Shown here: positions 29,662 through 40,328 of the stretch, one piece after another
Position numbering within the stretch: the stretch's first letter is position 1
Layout of the letters: each line of letters starts with the position of its first letter
NCBI GenBank assembly: GCA_963925895.1
Contig: CAWUVH010000005.1
Span: forward strand, 10,035-74,034
Direction: 5' to 3'
DNA from: an uncultured Burkholderiales bacterium
Lineage (GTDB): Bacteria > Pseudomonadota > Gammaproteobacteria > Burkholderiales > Eutrophovitaceae
Length of the DNA: 64,000 bases
Notes under the pieces: generated by a model
What the model was told of the DNA's origin: nothing
Databases searched by the model: none
The model's input: the letters and a program-made list of their open reading frames with translations, nothing else
Program-made: the position numbers and the translations under genes

Positions 29662-30702
29662 ATGGCGCCAGCAAGAAAGATCTTAGTGAACTATTTATCA
29701 GGGGGTGTTCTTCTACTTTCTATGAGCGGGTTCTTCTCCCCTACGAATGCAGAATCAACAAATGTGGCTGTAATAAGTTTCGGTGATATTGCGATCTACC
29801 CAAGCACAACGGCCTTCGCGTCCGTCATGACGCTAAACGACAGTAAACTATCTGCAGAAGTGTCCGCCAGGATCTTGGCCATCAACGCAGAAGTCGGTCA
29901 AGTGGTTAAAAAAGGCGATGTCTTAATCAAGCTGGATCCAACAGATCACAATATTGCACTGCAACAAGCGGGGGCGAATCTAACATCGGCTCAATCTAAG
30001 TTTGATCTCAGCAAAAGACAGCTATACCGAGCGCAAACATTAATCTCCAAAGGATTCATTTCTCCGGAAGCTTTGAACGTGAGAGAAACCGACTTTGCGA
30101 GCGCTCAATCCCTGGTCGCCCTCTATCGAGCGCAGTATGAGGCCGCGAAGCGATCCGTAGGGAAATGTTCAATTAGGGCACCGTTCAAATCGGTCATTCG
30201 AGAACGTTTTGGCCAAGTTGGCGAAATTACCACACTAGGCTCTCCCCTACTGCGACTGAACGACCTTGAGAAAGTAGAGATTGAAGCTAAGATTCAACCA
30301 AGGGATGCTGAATCTCTAAGCGCGAGCTCGTCAATTACCTTTATTAGTAGCGAACAATCCTACCCTGTAACAATTAAGCGAATCGTGCCCGTAGTGAATG
30401 AGAAAGACCGTAATCAAACTGTTCGTTTAAAGTTTCTAAAAAACAAACCACCGATAGGGTCGGCTGGAACCATAATGTGGAGCACTAATAAACCCCATGT
30501 GCCAGTAGACTTAGTCGTCCAAAGAAATGGCACACTAGGCGTATTTATATATGCAGCCGAGAAAGTCACTTTCTTCGAGCTCCCTCATGCATCAGAGGGA
30601 AACCCAGCATTCATTAAGCTTCCACTCGACACTCTAGTCGTTCATCAAGGTCAATATAGACTGCAAGACGGTCAACCTGTTTCGATTTCTGGTGACCAGT
30701 AA
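29662..30702 (+). CDS. RND efflux periplasmic adaptor (MFP)
   Basis: LSAEVSARI..VGQVVKKGDVLIKLD lipoyl half, coiled coil, IRAPF. Start uncertain (29641 TTG or 29662 ATG). Confidence 0.85.
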   Translation: MAPARKILVNYLSGGVLLLSMSGFFSPTNAESTNVAVISFGDIAIYPSTTAFASVMTLNDSKLSAEVSARILAINAEVGQVVKKGDVLIKLDPTDHNIALQQAGANLTSAQSKFDLSKRQLYRAQTLISKGFISPEALNVRETDFASAQSLVALYRAQYEAAKRSVGKCSIRAPFKSVIRERFGQVGEITTLGSPLLRLNDLEKVEIEAKIQPRDAESLSASSSITFISSEQSYPVTIKRIVPVVNEKDRNQTVRLKFLKNKPPIGSAGTIMWSTNKPHVPVDLVVQRNGTLGVFIYAAEKVTFFELPHASEGNPAFIKLPLDTLVVHQGQYRLQDGQPVSISGDQ

Positions 30703-30724
30703 ATTATTAATGCTGCGTTAAGTC

Positions 30725-33700
30725 ATGTCACTGATTAAGCAATTCTTATCCAATCATGTGATCGCAAATCTCACGTTTGCGATCGTCATACTCATGGGCA
30801 TTGGCGGCTATCTCACGATGCCAAGAGAACAAGATCCGGAAATTAACTTTAATTGGATCAATGTCACTACCGGTCTAAGAGGCGCCTCGACCGAAGATGT
30901 CGAGAAATTGGTCACGCAGCCGCTAGAGGATGCGATTCGACAAGTTTCGGACATTCGTTATGTTTCATCGCGAAGCCAAGAGGGCATTTCAACGATACTG
31001 GTCCGGTTCCAGGATCTCTCCAGCGCAACCTTTGACAAACGCATTAACGATTTACGTCGAGAGATACAAAACAAGGCCAGTCAGGAGTTACCGGCAGAAG
31101 TCAGTGACCCACGCATAATAGAAATCACGACATCCAACGGTTTTCCATCCGCAATGGTTCTAGTCGTAGGTCAGGCTGATGACGAACTTTTACGTAATTC
31201 TGCACGTCAAGTACGAGACGATTTAGAAAGATTACCAGGTGTTGATGACGTGTTTGCCGTTGGGTTGCACGATCCAGAGTTACTCGTCGAATTTCATCCT
31301 AAAAAATTAGAAGCGTACCAAGTATCTCCAACCCATGTCGCAGATTCGGTCTTTGCATGGTTTCGAGACGTTTCTGCTGGGGGCATTACGGTAGGCAACC
31401 AAGATTGGTTAGTTCGATTAGTGGGTAAGAAAAATGATCCTGAATCTCTAAAGTCCATTCCGGTTAAGCTGATCCAAAATGCCGATTACGTCCCACTATC
31501 AGCAGTAGCTACAGTCTCGACATCCAGAGAAAAGCCAATCCAACTCGCCAGTCAAAACGGGCAACACGGCATACTCCTCTCGGTTACAAAAAAAAGCTAT
31601 ACGAATACGATTGAGCTCGTCGATGGCGTTAGCGCATATCTCGATGAAAAAAATACCACTCTCTTTAAAAATGGCATCAGCCTTAACTTAGTCGACGACC
31701 AAACCATTCCGACTAAAGAAGCTATCAACGTGATGCAGATCAATGCCGGCTTGGGATTGTTGTTGGTCCTAGCAACAACCTGGGCTTTTCTAGGTGGACG
31801 TATGGCCATTTTGCTTAGCCTTGGCATTCCATTCTCGATTGCAGGAGCCTTCGCCGTTATTTATGCCATTGGTTGGACACTTAACGTATCCATACTCCTC
31901 GGAGTCGTGATTGCTTTAGGCATGTTGGTGGACGACACCGTAGTAGTCGTAGAGGCAATTTACTATCGAATTTCCAGAGGGTTGGACGCGGCCACAGCAT
32001 CTATAGAAGGGCTACGTGAAGTTTTCGCCCCTGTACTGACGTCTGTACTCACTACAGTTGCGGCCTTTTTACCACTCATGCTGCTCCCTGGAATTGTGGG
32101 CAAATTTATGCTCGTGGTACCTGCTGTTGTGACGCTGGCACTTGCATTTAGTTTATTTGAAGCGTTTTGGATGCTGCCCGCGCACATCATGGGACTCAAG
32201 CTAAACTTTAATAACAAATCTCGCATTCAACTCATTAGAGAAAGTAAAACGCGCTTGATACGACACCGATATAGCAAAGCACTGCTGTTTGTAATCAGAC
32301 GTCCAAAAATATTTTTATCACTTGCAGGACTTAGTTTTGTCATCGCACTATCTGCAGTTGCAGCAGGCTTCGTAAATATTCAATTTTTCGCTTTCGATCC
32401 GATCCGAATCTTTTACGTCAACGTTGATATGCCCTCTGGCACTCCACTAGAAGAAACCATGCGATGGACTAAAAAGATCGAAGAAAAAGTTAGAAACCAC
32501 GTCTCTCCTGAAGAAGAACGCGCCATCACTTCAATAGCGGGCATCAAATATACTGATACTGCTCCGCTTTATGAAAACCGTTATGGCCAAGTAATTGTCA
32601 GCCTCACACCGCGTGAGGGTGATCTTAGGGAGGTCGACATAGTGATTGACGACATGAGGGCTGAGGTAGGCTCCAACAATGGCCCAGCAAATGTAACGTT
32701 TACCCGCATCTCAGGAGGCCCACCACTCACCAAACCTGTTAGCGTCAAAATTCGAGGTGATAATTTTGAAGATTTAAGAGCTGTTACCTCTCACTTACAA
32801 AGCTTTCTGGAAACGGTTGAATCAGTATCTGACATCAGCAGTGATGATAGTCCAGGGCGAAACGAATTAAATTTAAAACTGAATTACGAATCAATCAATC
32901 GGATCGGCATGGATCCCCAATCGGTTACTCGATCAATCCGCTTATTCGTCGATGGTGAAATCGTCACCTTCATGCAATCGGAAGGTGAAAAAATAGAGGT
33001 TCGAGTTAAAGCTCAATCAAATGACTTAGCCGGAATAGATGAACTTCTATCCCAATCGATCACAACCCCCTCCGGAGCACAGGTCGCGTTGAGAGAATTA
33101 GTACATATCGAAACAGGAAGGTCACGCGAGAGCATTCGACATTACAACTTCCGAAGAACCATTACCCTTGAGGCGGATATTGATCGCGAAAAAATTAACG
33201 AAGTACAAGTTAATAATCTCATTAAAAATGAATGGGGGGAAATCAAGATAAACCACCCTAACGTCTCGCTCGATTTCTCTGGCGCGTTGGATGACATTCA
33301 GGAAAGTCTAGACGCCATGCTGTTGCTTTTCTTATTCGGTATCAGTCTCATTTACTTGCTGATAGGAACGCAATTCAAAAGTTATTTCCAACCTCTGATG
33401 ATTCTAGTTACGGTTCCCTTAGCATTTATAGGTGTAGTAATTGGCCTCATCATCACGCAGAATCCGCTGAGTCTTTACACGATGTACGGGATTGTCGCCC
33501 TTACTGGGATTTCTGTTAATAGCGCAATCGTTCTAATTGATGCCGCAAACACTCGCAGAAAAGCAGGTATGAATAGTGTTCACTCTATCGTCTTCGCCGC
33601 ACGTCGGCGCGTTGTTCCTATTTTGATTACGTCTTTCACGACAATCGCAGGATTACTCTCACTCGCATTAGGTCTTGGCGGAAACTCTCTATTGTGGGGA

Positions 33701-33793
33701 CCGGTTGCGTCGGCAATTATGTGGGGGCTGGCTGTGTCCACATTAATGACTTTATTTGTGATTCCACTGCTGTATAAGACGTTCTCGCGTTAA
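30725..33793 (+). CDS. RND transporter permease (AcrB/AcrD/AcrF family)
   Basis: 1022 aa with two periplasmic domains; GMLVDD, R..PILITS.TTIAG. Confidence 0.92.
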   Translation: MSLIKQFLSNHVIANLTFAIVILMGIGGYLTMPREQDPEINFNWINVTTGLRGASTEDVEKLVTQPLEDAIRQVSDIRYVSSRSQEGISTILVRFQDLSSATFDKRINDLRREIQNKASQELPAEVSDPRIIEITTSNGFPSAMVLVVGQADDELLRNSARQVRDDLERLPGVDDVFAVGLHDPELLVEFHPKKLEAYQVSPTHVADSVFAWFRDVSAGGITVGNQDWLVRLVGKKNDPESLKSIPVKLIQNADYVPLSAVATVSTSREKPIQLASQNGQHGILLSVTKKSYTNTIELVDGVSAYLDEKNTTLFKNGISLNLVDDQTIPTKEAINVMQINAGLGLLLVLATTWAFLGGRMAILLSLGIPFSIAGAFAVIYAIGWTLNVSILLGVVIALGMLVDDTVVVVEAIYYRISRGLDAATASIEGLREVFAPVLTSVLTTVAAFLPLMLLPGIVGKFMLVVPAVVTLALAFSLFEAFWMLPAHIMGLKLNFNNKSRIQLIRESKTRLIRHRYSKALLFVIRRPKIFLSLAGLSFVIALSAVAAGFVNIQFFAFDPIRIFYVNVDMPSGTPLEETMRWTKKIEEKVRNHVSPEEERAITSIAGIKYTDTAPLYENRYGQVIVSLTPREGDLREVDIVIDDMRAEVGSNNGPANVTFTRISGGPPLTKPVSVKIRGDNFEDLRAVTSHLQSFLETVESVSDISSDDSPGRNELNLKLNYESINRIGMDPQSVTRSIRLFVDGEIVTFMQSEGEKIEVRVKAQSNDLAGIDELLSQSITTPSGAQVALRELVHIETGRSRESIRHYNFRRTITLEADIDREKINEVQVNNLIKNEWGEIKINHPNVSLDFSGALDDIQESLDAMLLLFLFGISLIYLLIGTQFKSYFQPLMILVTVPLAFIGVVIGLIITQNPLSLYTMYGIVALTGISVNSAIVLIDAANTRRKAGMNSVHSIVFAARRRVVPILITSFTTIAGLLSLALGLGGNSLLWGPVASAIMWGLAVSTLMTLFVIPLLYKTFSR

Positions 33794-33795
33794 GT

Positions 33796-34377
33796 TTATT
33801 TTTCGTCAGCGACCCAAATAGCTTCCAACTCTCGTTCACTGACTTGCATCTGGCTAATTAAATCAAACGGAGAATGAGAAATGTGCAAACTATCCAGGTG
33901 CCGTTGACTCAAAAACTCTTGCGTCACCATCTGATGCAGATATTCAATTAATCCGTCGAAATATCCTTCTACGTTCAAAATTCCTACCGGCTTGGAATGA
34001 ATCCCTAATTGGTACCAAGTCCACACTTCGAAGAGCTCGTCCATCGTGCCAATGCCTCCAGGCATCGCTATAAATGCATCAGCCAAATCAATCATCTTCG
34101 CCTTACGCTCATGCATCCCCACAACCGTCACCAACTCAGTTAAGTTTTGATGTACAAGTTCATCCACGCATAGTCCATGTGGTATCACACCGGTCACCCG
34201 CCCACCATGAGCAATAACCGCATCCGCCACAACGCCCATCAACCCAACTTTACCACCACCATAAACGAGCTCAATACCAGAATCGACAAGAACCTTACCA
34301 AGCTCAGTCGCCATGGATTGATAATGTTCCGAAATCCCTTTTTTGGATCCACAATAAACTGCAACACGCTGAATCAT
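33796..34377 (-). CDS. LOG family nucleotide phosphoribohydrolase
   Basis: [27 protein letters not shown]. Confidence 0.9.
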   Translation of the reverse strand: MIQRVAVYCGSKKGISEHYQSMATELGKVLVDSGIELVYGGGKVGLMGVVADAVIAHGGRVTGVIPHGLCVDELVHQNLTELVTVVGMHERKAKMIDLADAFIAMPGGIGTMDELFEVWTWYQLGIHSKPVGILNVEGYFDGLIEYLHQMVTQEFLSQRHLDSLHISHSPFDLISQMQVSERELEAIWVADEK

Positions 34378-34847
34378 GAGTGATGTTTTCCGGGCAATGG
34401 CAGAGCAGTTTTGTACTTAACTTGCTTGAGCGCAAAACTTGATTTAATGTTTCCAACCCCCGGTATTTTTGACAAAAAATTCAAAATAAAGTCCTCTAAT
34501 GCCTGAATATCAGCTACTACGACTCTCAGCAAATAATCAGATTCTCCTGTCATGAGATAACACTCCATGACTTCTGGTCGTGACTGAATCGACTCTTCGA
34601 ATCGCTCCAACGCAGACTCAACTTGTCGCTCTAATGCGACATTGATAAACACGCTCACCTTCAGCCCAACCTTCAATGAGTCAACCAATGACACATACCG
34701 GCTGATATACCCCGACTGCTCGAGCGCTTTAACGCGAGCTAAGCTCGGAGAGGGGGAAAGCCCAATGGCTTTGGACAAGTCAATATTTGTAATCCTTGCA
34801 TTGTCTTGAAGGAGTCGCAAAATCTCCCAATCAATTGAGTCAAGCAT
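34374..34847 (-). CDS. Lrp/AsnC family transcriptional regulator (MdeR/BkdR-like position)
   Basis: [31 protein letters not shown] domain; divergent from the E1 gene; ATGA overlap with LOG. Confidence 0.92.
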   Translation of the reverse strand: MLDSIDWEILRLLQDNARITNIDLSKAIGLSPSPSLARVKALEQSGYISRYVSLVDSLKVGLKVSVFINVALERQVESALERFEESIQSRPEVMECYLMTGESDYLLRVVVADIQALEDFILNFLSKIPGVGNIKSSFALKQVKYKTALPLPGKHHS

Positions 34848-34868
34848 AATAAACGATATTAAATTTTG

Positions 34869-34916
34869 TATTTATGCATTTTATAATATATTTATGCGGT
34901 AAATAGCATTATTTAT
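34869..34916. promoter_or_regulatory. Phased AT-rich direct repeats, candidate Lrp-family operator
   Basis: TATTTATGC at 34869 and 34889 and TATTTAT at 34910 (20-21 bp period), in the Lrp/E1 divergent spacer. Confidence 0.4.
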
Positions 34917-35006
34917 AAGCACAAACAGAATCACCTGCTTAAAGAAATTAGCTATGATAAGCGTCTAAATTTTAATTTTGCGAAAAATGAGCTGAGGTAA
35001 TTTTAG

Positions 35007-37703
35007 ATGACCGACACGTCAAATCAAAAACAAATGAATGTATCCGCGTTCTGGCGTGTACTGCCCCAAGACTTAGATCCCATCGAAACGAAAGAATGGA
35101 TTGACGCCTTCAATCAACTAACCGCAATCGAAGGTGGGGAGCGGGCGACCTTTTTGCTGATGAAGCTTCTCGAGCAAGCAAGGCGTTTGCGCGTTCCTAT
35201 GCCACCAGTCCTCAACACACCTTACTCAAATACCATATCGCTGGCGGATCAGCCGCCATTCCCGGGGAACCTAGATACCGAGGCCAAACTCTCCGCCATC
35301 ATCAGATGGAACGCACTTGCCATGGTTGTAAGAGCAAACCGCGTGAATTCCGATTTGGGCGGGCATATTGCGACCTACACCTCATCAGCAGATCTCTTTG
35401 AAGTCGGCTTTAATCACTTCTTTAAAGCTGGGCAAGACGGCGACTGTGTTTATTTTCAACCCCACTCCGCTCCAGGTGTTTACGCCCGAGCCTTTGTAGA
35501 GGGCCGACTGAGCGAAGAGAATATTGCCAACTATAGACAAGAGACTGGCGGAGTAGGCTTATCATCGTATTGCCATCCATGGCTCATGCCCGACTTCTGG
35601 CAATTCCCAACAGGATCAATGGGGCTAGGCGCAATTACCGCAATCTACCAAGCCCGATTTATGCGATATCTGGAAAACAGAGAGATACATTCCAATAGCG
35701 ACCGCAAAGTATGGTGCTTCGTAGGGGATGGCGAAATGGATGAACCAGAATCTATTGCGGGTCTTTCTATGGCGTCGCGTGAAGGGCTCGATAACCTTAT
35801 TTTCGTAGTTAACTGTAACTTACAAAGACTTGATGGCCCCGTTCGCGGCAATAGTTCTATTGTTCAAGAACTTGAAGGCCTTTTCGCAGGTGCGGGCTGG
35901 AATGTGGTCAAGGTAATGTGGGGGTCTGATTGGGATCCCTTATTCGCACTGGATCACGATAACGTCATCATCAAAAGACTGCATGAAACAGTAGATGGTG
36001 AATTACAGAAATATGCAGCAACAGATGGGCAATTTAACCGCGAAGCATTCTTCAATAAATATCCAGAATTACAAAAACTCGTATCTCATCTATCCGATGA
36101 GGATATTGACCGTCTCGAGCGAGGGGGGCATGACCCCATTAAAATTTATGCGGCCTACCACGCCGCTGCCAATCACAAAGGAAGGCCGACGGTTATTCTT
36201 GCCCAAACCAAAAAAGGGTACGGCATGGGCCATTGGGGCCAGGGGAAAATGACATCCCATCAACAGAAGAAATTAGAGAATGATGCATTATTGGCCTTCA
36301 GAGATCGCTTCTCTATTCCTCTGTCTGACGAAGACGTAGAAAACCTTCGGTTCTATATTCCTGAGGCTGAAAGTCCAGAAATGAAATACCTGCATGGCCA
36401 ACGAGAGAAATTGGGCGGCTACCTTCCTGCTAGGGTCAGACGCGCGAAACCTATAACTGCTCCAAGATTAGAAGAATTTACAAAACTCACTGGTGGTACG
36501 GGAGAAAGAGCACAGTCGAGCACAATGGTATTCGTGCAAATGCTGTCCCAGTTATTAAAAAATAAAGAGCTTGGCAACCGCGTGGTGCCCATTGTCGCCG
36601 ACGAAGCGCGCACCTTTGGTATGCAATCCTTGTTTAGACAAGTTGCGATCTACTCCCCATTCGGTCAACTGTATGACCCTGAGGATCGGGATGAACTGCT
36701 CTACTATAAAGAAGCCAAAAATGGTCAGATACTAGAAGAAGGCATTACGGAAGCAGGAGCAATATCGTCATGGATAGCAGCGGCCACGTCGTATTCCACA
36801 CACGGCACCACGATGCTTCCTTTCTATATTTTTTATTCATGCTTTGGGTTCCAACGAATCGGCGATCTAGTTTGGACGGCTGGAGACTCTCGAGCACGAG
36901 GATTTTTACTCGGTGCGACGGCAGGACGCACCACGCTATCCGGCGAAGGATTACAGCATGAAGATGGCTCCAGTCACCTTTTGTTCTCAACCGTACCGAA
37001 CTGTGTAGCTTATGATCCCACCTACGGTTATGAAGTCGTGACTATTATTCAAGACGGTATGAGACGAATGCTCGAAGAGCAGAACGATGTTTTTTACTAC
37101 GTCACAGTAATGAATGAGAATTACCCCCACCCAGCCATGCCTGACAACGCTTCAGAGGGTATTATTAAGGGCATGTATCGCATCAAAGAGGAGGCGAAAC
37201 CCAAAGCAGCACATGCCCAATTGCTGGGGTCAGGAACAATTCTTCGAGAAGTTTTGGCTGCGTCAGAGCTGCTGCAAGATGACTGGAAGGTATCCACAGA
37301 TGTTTGGAGCGTTACAAGCTTCACCGAGCTCAGACGTGATGGCTTAAGTATAGATCGAGAAAGCATGTACAACCCTGAAGTGGCAGAGAAAAGTACCTGG
37401 GTTGCTCAGTGTCTTGAAGCCACGAAGGGACCCGTCATCGCCACAACCGATTACATGCGTTCCGTACCCGACCTCATCCGAACCTGGGTACCTAGACGAT
37501 ATGTAACCTTAGGCACTGACGGTTACGGAAGAAGTGATACAAGGAAGGCCTTGAGAGATTTCTACGAAGTCGACCGCTTTCATATCACCCTTGCAACACT
37601 AAAAGCACTGGTTGCAGATGGGGCAATTGAAAAAAAGACACTCGCAAAAGCAATCCAAAAGTATGGCCTCGAAGGTAACAAACCAAACCCATGGGACATT
37701 TAA
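35007..37703 (+). CDS. mdeB: Homodimeric 2-oxo-acid dehydrogenase E1, MdeB-type AceE paralog
   Basis: GGHIA, SADLFEVGFNHFF, QPHSAPGVYARAF (QGH in canonical AceE), GDGEMDEPE...NCN ThDP motif; no E2/E3 adjacent; divergent Lrp. Confidence 0.72.
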   Translation: MTDTSNQKQMNVSAFWRVLPQDLDPIETKEWIDAFNQLTAIEGGERATFLLMKLLEQARRLRVPMPPVLNTPYSNTISLADQPPFPGNLDTEAKLSAIIRWNALAMVVRANRVNSDLGGHIATYTSSADLFEVGFNHFFKAGQDGDCVYFQPHSAPGVYARAFVEGRLSEENIANYRQETGGVGLSSYCHPWLMPDFWQFPTGSMGLGAITAIYQARFMRYLENREIHSNSDRKVWCFVGDGEMDEPESIAGLSMASREGLDNLIFVVNCNLQRLDGPVRGNSSIVQELEGLFAGAGWNVVKVMWGSDWDPLFALDHDNVIIKRLHETVDGELQKYAATDGQFNREAFFNKYPELQKLVSHLSDEDIDRLERGGHDPIKIYAAYHAAANHKGRPTVILAQTKKGYGMGHWGQGKMTSHQQKKLENDALLAFRDRFSIPLSDEDVENLRFYIPEAESPEMKYLHGQREKLGGYLPARVRRAKPITAPRLEEFTKLTGGTGERAQSSTMVFVQMLSQLLKNKELGNRVVPIVADEARTFGMQSLFRQVAIYSPFGQLYDPEDRDELLYYKEAKNGQILEEGITEAGAISSWIAAATSYSTHGTTMLPFYIFYSCFGFQRIGDLVWTAGDSRARGFLLGATAGRTTLSGEGLQHEDGSSHLLFSTVPNCVAYDPTYGYEVVTIIQDGMRRMLEEQNDVFYYVTVMNENYPHPAMPDNASEGIIKGMYRIKEEAKPKAAHAQLLGSGTILREVLAASELLQDDWKVSTDVWSVTSFTELRRDGLSIDRESMYNPEVAEKSTWVAQCLEATKGPVIATTDYMRSVPDLIRTWVPRRYVTLGTDGYGRSDTRKALRDFYEVDRFHITLATLKALVADGAIEKKTLAKAIQKYGLEGNKPNPWDI

Positions 37704-37784
37704 TTGAATTTACAAAATACTATAAAACCACTCTTGGTGGGCATCAAAATGAAGGGGAAATATCCAGGCCTTTGTGGTTCAGAT

Positions 37785-38285
37785 ATGCTTAAAATTAGCT
37801 TTTTTGTGTTTGGGCTATTTGTATCCACCGCCGTCAGCGCGCCAATAGACAAATTCGTGCCCTGGGGAGAGAATCCAATCCCCCCGCCCCTAAATGTCGC
37901 CACGCTAAATGGAGAACCAACGAGTCTTGAAAAATTTTCAGGAAAAGTGGTTATTCTAAATTTTTGGGCAACTTGGTGCGCCCCTTGCTTAAAAGAAATC
38001 CCCTCGCTTTTAGCACTTAAAAGACAATTACCTGATAAAAAGTTTGCAGTCCTCTTCGTAAACTACGGTGAGTCACAAATACAGATAGAAAAAATTTGGG
38101 CTCAAATTGGCGAAGGGGAGATTACACTGATAGATCCTGGCGCTAAAAATAGCAGGCCTTGGATCGATATAGGACTTCCAACAACGGTAGTTCTCAATCA
38201 AGATCATAAAATTGTCTACAAAATTGTAGGTGATATTGATTGGTCACAACCTGACATTGTATCCATCATCAAAAGTGTGGATTAA
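37785..38285 (+). CDS. TlpA-family thioredoxin-like disulfide reductase (exported)
   Basis: Signal-like N-terminus MLKISFFVFGLFVSTAVSA, LNFWATWCAPC, GLPTT. Confidence 0.85.
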   Translation: MLKISFFVFGLFVSTAVSAPIDKFVPWGENPIPPPLNVATLNGEPTSLEKFSGKVVILNFWATWCAPCLKEIPSLLALKRQLPDKKFAVLFVNYGESQIQIEKIWAQIGEGEITLIDPGAKNSRPWIDIGLPTTVVLNQDHKIVYKIVGDIDWSQPDIVSIIKSVD

Positions 38286-38377
38286 ACATCATTGCCGCGC
38301 AAAGCTCACGGCCAAAGATCCGAGTAAAATCACTAGTATAAAATAGTGCAAAATATCAGCAACTGGCAAGACTGAGA

Positions 38378-39166
38378 ATGAGTTTAGATGAAAAAACCAT
38401 AAATGACTTAGGAAGGCAGCTATACGACGCCTGGGACAATACGACTCAAATCACACCCATCACAGAGTCCACACCTAACATTACGATTGAAGAGGCTTAC
38501 CAGGTTCAACTGAACATGATCAACCGACGACTCTTACAAGGTGAGTCAATTGTCGGAAAGAAAATCGGGATTACTGCTAAAGCCGTCATGAATATGTTGG
38601 GCGTTAATCAACCAGATTTTGGGCACCTCATGTCTGGGATGGAATTTAAAGAATCGCAAAGCCTGCCCTTCGAAATATTCTGCCAACCCAAAGGTGAGGG
38701 AGAAATCGCGTTTCTACTCAAAAAAGACCTCACGGGACCAGGTATCACGACGGCTCAAGTGATAGCTGCAACCGATTGTGTGTTACCCGCTTTTGAGATT
38801 GTTGACTCTCGCATCGAAAATTGGAACATCAAAATTCAAGACACAATAGCTGACAATGCTTCAGCTGGGGCCTTTGTACTTGGCTCTCCTCAAAGGAGCA
38901 TCCAAGGTATCAACCTAGCGACTTGCGGCATGGTGTTAAAAAAAAACGGGGAAATAATAGGCACAGGTTCTGGAGCGGCCACGCTCGATCACCCACTCAA
39001 CGCGGTCGCATGGCTTGCCAATATGTTAGGGAGTCTAGGTATGAGTCTTAAAGCTGGGGAGGTCATTCTATCTGGCTCATTATCCATCATGTTTCCTATA
39101 CAGTCCGGCGATAACTTGGAGATGGAAATCGAAGGAATCGGAAAAACGACCTGTCAATTTAACTGA
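38378..39166 (+). CDS. 2-oxopent-4-enoate hydratase-like (FAH superfamily, MhpD/DmpE type)
   Basis: AYQVQ, GKKIG, QPDFG, EGEIAF, EIVDSRI, DTIADNAS, GEVILSGSL. Confidence 0.85.
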   Translation: MSLDEKTINDLGRQLYDAWDNTTQITPITESTPNITIEEAYQVQLNMINRRLLQGESIVGKKIGITAKAVMNMLGVNQPDFGHLMSGMEFKESQSLPFEIFCQPKGEGEIAFLLKKDLTGPGITTAQVIAATDCVLPAFEIVDSRIENWNIKIQDTIADNASAGAFVLGSPQRSIQGINLATCGMVLKKNGEIIGTGSGAATLDHPLNAVAWLANMLGSLGMSLKAGEVILSGSLSIMFPIQSGDNLEMEIEGIGKTTCQFN

Positions 39167-39177
39167 ACAAGATTGAT

Positions 39178-40266
39178 TCAACGCTTCCAAACGCCAGGAT
39201 GACATCGCTGATAATTGGGCGCATAGGTAATATCCACTCCTAATTCTTGAGCAGCCCTCCATGACCATCGAGGATCGTCCATTGCTGCTCTCGCAATAGC
39301 GACGAGATCTGCAGCACCTGAAGTGATCGCCTCTTCCGCCTGCGCAGGCGTTGTAATCATACCGACACCCATAGCTGCCATCGAAGTATCACTCTTCACT
39401 CTCTTCGAGAATGGTAAATTAAATCCAGGTGCGAATTCGATTTGCTGACGGGAATCAAGCTGACCCGATGTCACATCAACAAAATCACACCCTCTTATTT
39501 GCAACTCTTTCGCAAATGCGATCATCTCTTCTGGATTTAAACCACCTTCAACCCAGTCCGATCCGGAAATGCGGGCTCCTACTGCAACATGATCTGGAAC
39601 GACTGACTTAACAGCATCAAAAACCTCGAGAGGGTATTTAAGCCTGTTAGACAAATTACTTCCACCATATGAGTCAGTGCGCTGATTAGAAAGAGGAGAT
39701 GTAAATTGATTAAGAAGATAACCGTGAGCCGCATGAATTTCTATCACATCAAACCCGAGGTTAACCGCCCTCTTAGCCGCATCAACGAATTCAGTTTTAA
39801 CCCTCGCAAGATCATCCGTTCCCATCATTTTTGGCACATGCCAACCATCTGTAAACGCTAATGCACTTGGAGCTATTGTCTCCCAAGGACTCTCACCTGC
39901 CTGAAGTGCTGCCCCTCCCATCATCGGTGTTTTTGCAGACCCTTTTCTCCCGGCATGCGCGAGCTGAATACCCAACTTCGACTGCCCATGATTCCTACAA
40001 AACGTCACCACCCGCTCCAATGCACGCTCCGTTTCCTCATCATAAAGCCCAAGGCACCCGTGCGATATACGGCCTTGGGGGGAAATATGTGTTGCCTCAA
40101 AAATCAACAAGCCACCAGCTCCGATAGATAAACTACCGTAATGCATTAGATGCCAGTCGTTAGCCTGGCCCTCTTCAGCCATGTACTGACACATGGGAGA
40201 GACGACGATTCTGTTGGACAAGTCAATCGGGCCCAACTGAAAATGGGAGAAAAGTTTAGATGCCAT
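39178..40266 (-). CDS. Old yellow enzyme, NADH:flavin oxidoreductase (YqjM/XenA type)
   Basis: SPMCQY, QLAHAGRK, EIHAAHGYL, R.D.YGG. Confidence 0.9.
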   Translation of the reverse strand: MASKLFSHFQLGPIDLSNRIVVSPMCQYMAEEGQANDWHLMHYGSLSIGAGGLLIFEATHISPQGRISHGCLGLYDEETERALERVVTFCRNHGQSKLGIQLAHAGRKGSAKTPMMGGAALQAGESPWETIAPSALAFTDGWHVPKMMGTDDLARVKTEFVDAAKRAVNLGFDVIEIHAAHGYLLNQFTSPLSNQRTDSYGGSNLSNRLKYPLEVFDAVKSVVPDHVAVGARISGSDWVEGGLNPEEMIAFAKELQIRGCDFVDVTSGQLDSRQQIEFAPGFNLPFSKRVKSDTSMAAMGVGMITTPAQAEEAITSGAADLVAIARAAMDDPRWSWRAAQELGVDITYAPNYQRCHPGVWKR

Positions 40267-40328
40267 AATTGTTTCCTTAATTAAACACTGCAGTAACTTG
40301 CAACACTCAAGCCAAAGTGTCGCTTATT

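Noticed and set aside
35007-37703. Canonical pyruvate dehydrogenase aceE
   Set aside because: QPHSAPG signature, no aceF/lpd and a divergent Lrp favour the MdeB-type paralog.
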